Both the position numbers and the translations under genes were made by a program. A model generated the notes under the pieces. It did no database searches. It was not told the DNA's origin and saw only the letters and a list, made by a program, of their open reading frames with translations. Positions 60,863 through 64,000 of a DNA stretch of 64,000 nucleotides are shown piece by piece (the first letter of the stretch is position 1; each line of letters begins with the position of its first letter). This DNA is from Ophelia neglecta (Eukaryota): the NCBI GenBank assembly GCA_965285935.1, contig OZ260663.1:100626001-100690000 (forward strand), written 5' to 3'.

Positions 60863-62939
60863 TCTCCACAGATCCGGATATCCGAACCCCCCCCCCCCCC
60901 CCTTACTTTGCTCTCATGTTCATATATTCTGAATATCTGTATTCTGTTAATCACAACTTTAATATTACTGAGGAATACTAGTAAAATGATAATTTCGAAA
61001 AGGTTGACCGGGTTAATTAGATTAAATAGGGGAGATACATCCCTTGTCTCCCTCCCTCGATCAATTGCCCCAGCCCCTTCAGCCATTAATATTGACCGTA
61101 TGGAATCGACTAGGTGTATTGTACTTTAATATAGAAACATTAAACCTCTTACTGAAAATCGTTAATAATCGTTATCTCTGGATTGTATATGCCGCGGGGC
61201 GCCGTCTTGTAACGGGGCGTGTAAACGGTGAAATTGTGGCCTTTTCCCCTGATGCCTTCACTCACTCATATACTTATTATCTGGAATTGCGGATGCTGCA
61301 GAGTGCAGAGCATCGGTATCCTTGGAAAGGGCTGTGAAATTAAAAAAAAAATGCTACAATAAATTCCTGGACAATTGGGAGACTTTATTAACACATAACA
61401 CGGAATGCAGCCGTGTTATGTGTTATGGTGTGATGCGTCAATAGCCGACGTAAGAAGCCGTGACAATAAATACATATCTTATCATTTAAGGGCATAGGGC
61501 GAGCGACAGATTCAGACGCGGAATGGTTATCCCTACACATTCTTTTTTTTTAGCCATTCAACACTCATCAATCCCAAATTATACGCAGTCATTATGATTA
61601 AATTATATGCATAAAATTGTAGATTCCCAAAATTTAGGGACTTCAGCCTGATTCAGACCTCAACGGCTGTAGATCAGAATTGAATATATACAGGTCTCAG
61701 CTGGCAAAATAGCGGCGTTCAACATGTTAATTTCTAAGACTAAGCTTAAGAGAAAGATGTCATCAGTCCCGAGTTAGTTACTTTAAGACAACAAACGTGA
61801 TGCAAATATCTAGGTACATCCTGGCCTATATTAACAACCGTGTCCGCCCGGGTAGTTTGCGGTCGCACCCATCTAACATACTCATCAGTCCACTCATTCT
61901 CTTCATATAAGACAATTTGTTAGCCCCCAGCACAATGGAAAAGTCTTGAATCAGCGACATAGCATATAGTGTCCCCTCGAGTTAAGGCATTATAGTAATA
62001 AGGCCGTCGTGTTTTAAGGGCTATTTTGAGATATTAATAAAAAGAAAGAGGCTTCCATTTGTATTGTAATTATAGGAATGCGCGTTTTTTATTCTTAATT
62101 CTGATTGGCTTATAATACAGATGTACATACAAAAACGGTGACTTGACATCAAGTGTTCCTAACTTACGGTGAACACTGTGGCAGTAGTCCTGTGCGCTGC
62201 AAGCAGTTAATGACTATCACAACGGAAACACTGATAGCAATCATGGCCCTAGTGCTTTCCTGGCATGCTTCAATTATATCAAAATCTCCTCTAAGATGAA
62301 GCACCAGTGACCCAACTGCATATACTACTACCGCCGAACCCTGGATTTAGAATATAGCCGCCATTTTAAATTGTTTACAGCGGACAGCTGCAATAATAAC
62401 CGGTGAGCTAGAGAGAATGGCTCTGATTTTGTTTAGGGTGGTTTTTCATACATTTCTGTTCATAAAAATGCTCGATTTCCCAAGAACTTTGTCAGAGGGA
62501 AAGCGACGTCCGAACATTTTTCTACAAAATATCCTAAATCCAGCCATACCCATAAGGCGCCCGAGCTCTGGTTGTACTAGTCAGGAAATTGATGATGGTC
62601 TCTATCTTCGCTTCCATCCCTATCATTTCCCCCAATCAAACCACATGACTGGGAAAAAACTACTTTTGTTGGATAAAACTCGATTTAATAAGATCAGGTG
62701 TTAGGAAAGATCAAAATGCATGAATATGACATTTACATGTATTTTCGTCACGAAAGACATCATCTACTAAGGTTTCACAATTGTTCAAATAACGAGTAGT
62801 ATTATGAAGATACCTCTTGAGTTTTAGCAGGACCATTTGCATTCCAACTGCATCGCTTTATATTGGTAAAAAGCATCATGGGTAACCTGGAGGACTTGCC
62901 GAAAACCTTTCGGTGCGCCGAAAAAGTAAATAATAGTAT

Positions 62940-64000
62940 ATAATTATTATAATAATGAAGAATAAAAAGCAAATTTGATCAAAGTACAATAGAGAACATA
63001 TATGTGATTATAATGGAAGATGAATGCGATGAAATATGAAGCATAAAAGAAAAAGGATGAGTCAATGAGAGTCCACCAAATAAAGCAATCGGCTATTGCA
63101 AGGTGTACGTGAGACAAAAAAAAAGACTACATAAGAACAATATTACAGGTCATTAGTGGGACAATGATAGTCCACTACATAGAACAATACAATATTACAA
63201 ACTATAAGGGAGATCACATAGAAACTTTAGATTATCAGCTTTTTGTTGTGGAAATATAAATACAATCATAGCAATTAAGAATATAACATGTTTCATCATG
63301 CGAGTCTGTGAAGTATTTTTTGAGTAATTCGTGAAACCATAGAAGCTATGAGTGGAACTTTATCTAATATAATATTGGGTGTATGATACAGAAACTCCAC
63401 GATACTATGCCTGAGCGATTTGCTGGCAAATGTGTGTCTACATCGAGGGGGGGGGGGGGGGGGGGGTAGAATCTTCAAGAATGTCTAGTAGGGTATGAAT
63501 GTATTTCAGATTGGGGTTGCAGTGTATAAGGGGTAAAGAAAGATGGTAGTGAATTGCTTGCAAATTTATAGTAGAATTTAAGAAGATTGAGTTTGTGTTG
63601 ATCTCGAATTTTCAATAAGGCATTGGTTTAAAGATTGGTTCCGAATGTGCAATATAACTGCTGCCTGTAGCAATACGAATAATTTTTTTCTGCAGCTTTT
63701 TTCATCTACCAGTGTTGCGTCCCCATAGCGCAAAATTCCGCAAGTTAAATAAGGAATGACTAACGTGTTATATAAGGTTATTAGTATATTTTGAGGAGTG
63801 ATCTTTTTAAATCTGTTTATAATGCCAATTGGCTTTGATAGTTTATTCGAAATTTTATTGATGTGTGCATTCCAGCTTAAATGTCCGTCAATGCATATTC
63901 CAAGAAAATCAAACTCAAGTATCACTTCTATAGGAGTACCGTCAATAACAAGTATTGGGTTTAAAATATTTTTCTGTGGAGAGTGAAATACCATGGCTTT
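62940..64000 (-). mobile_element. CR1/L2-group LINE, 3' part, decayed, runs out of window
   Basis: MVFH...FDFLGICIDGHLSWNAHINKISNKLSKPIGIINRFKK...LITLYNTLVIPYL.CGIL is the RT C-terminus; followed by frameshifts and a T-rich UTR. Confidence 0.85.

Overview
Eukaryotic (animal, probably marine invertebrate; species not determinable) genomic DNA. The window is mostly one large plus-strand, multi-exon NOD-like receptor (NLR) gene that I reconstructed from splice sites. It has a short start exon, three CARD/death-fold exons (all intron phase 1-1), a linker exon and one NACHT-HD1-WHD-HD2 exon. Its C-terminal half is built only from symmetric phase 2-2 exons: three 219-bp exons and one 585-bp exon that reiterate an unusual ~62-73 aa 'ITPENQ' helical-hairpin+LRR module, interleaved with seven 84-bp RI-type LRR exons (one with a dead donor). 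No stop exon was found, so the gene probably runs out of the window. Nearly every exon group lies in a recent tandem duplication; a 2.65-kb 5' duplication creates a potential CARD-only gene. The ~19.7-kb intron after the CARDs holds a sense-oriented tandem LTR-int-LTR-int-LTR Ty3/Gypsy element (PNMA-like gag, TTTAAAC -1 frameshift, five shared in-frame stops) whose LTRs contain splice sites that could trap the NLR transcript in frame. Four same-orientation arrays of a ~40-bp minisatellite separate the C-terminal exon blocks. The remaining introns contain decayed CR1 and Tx1/L1 LINEs, two Harbinger-like MITEs and microsatellites. The gene model rests on sequence inspection only; no expression data or database searches were available.
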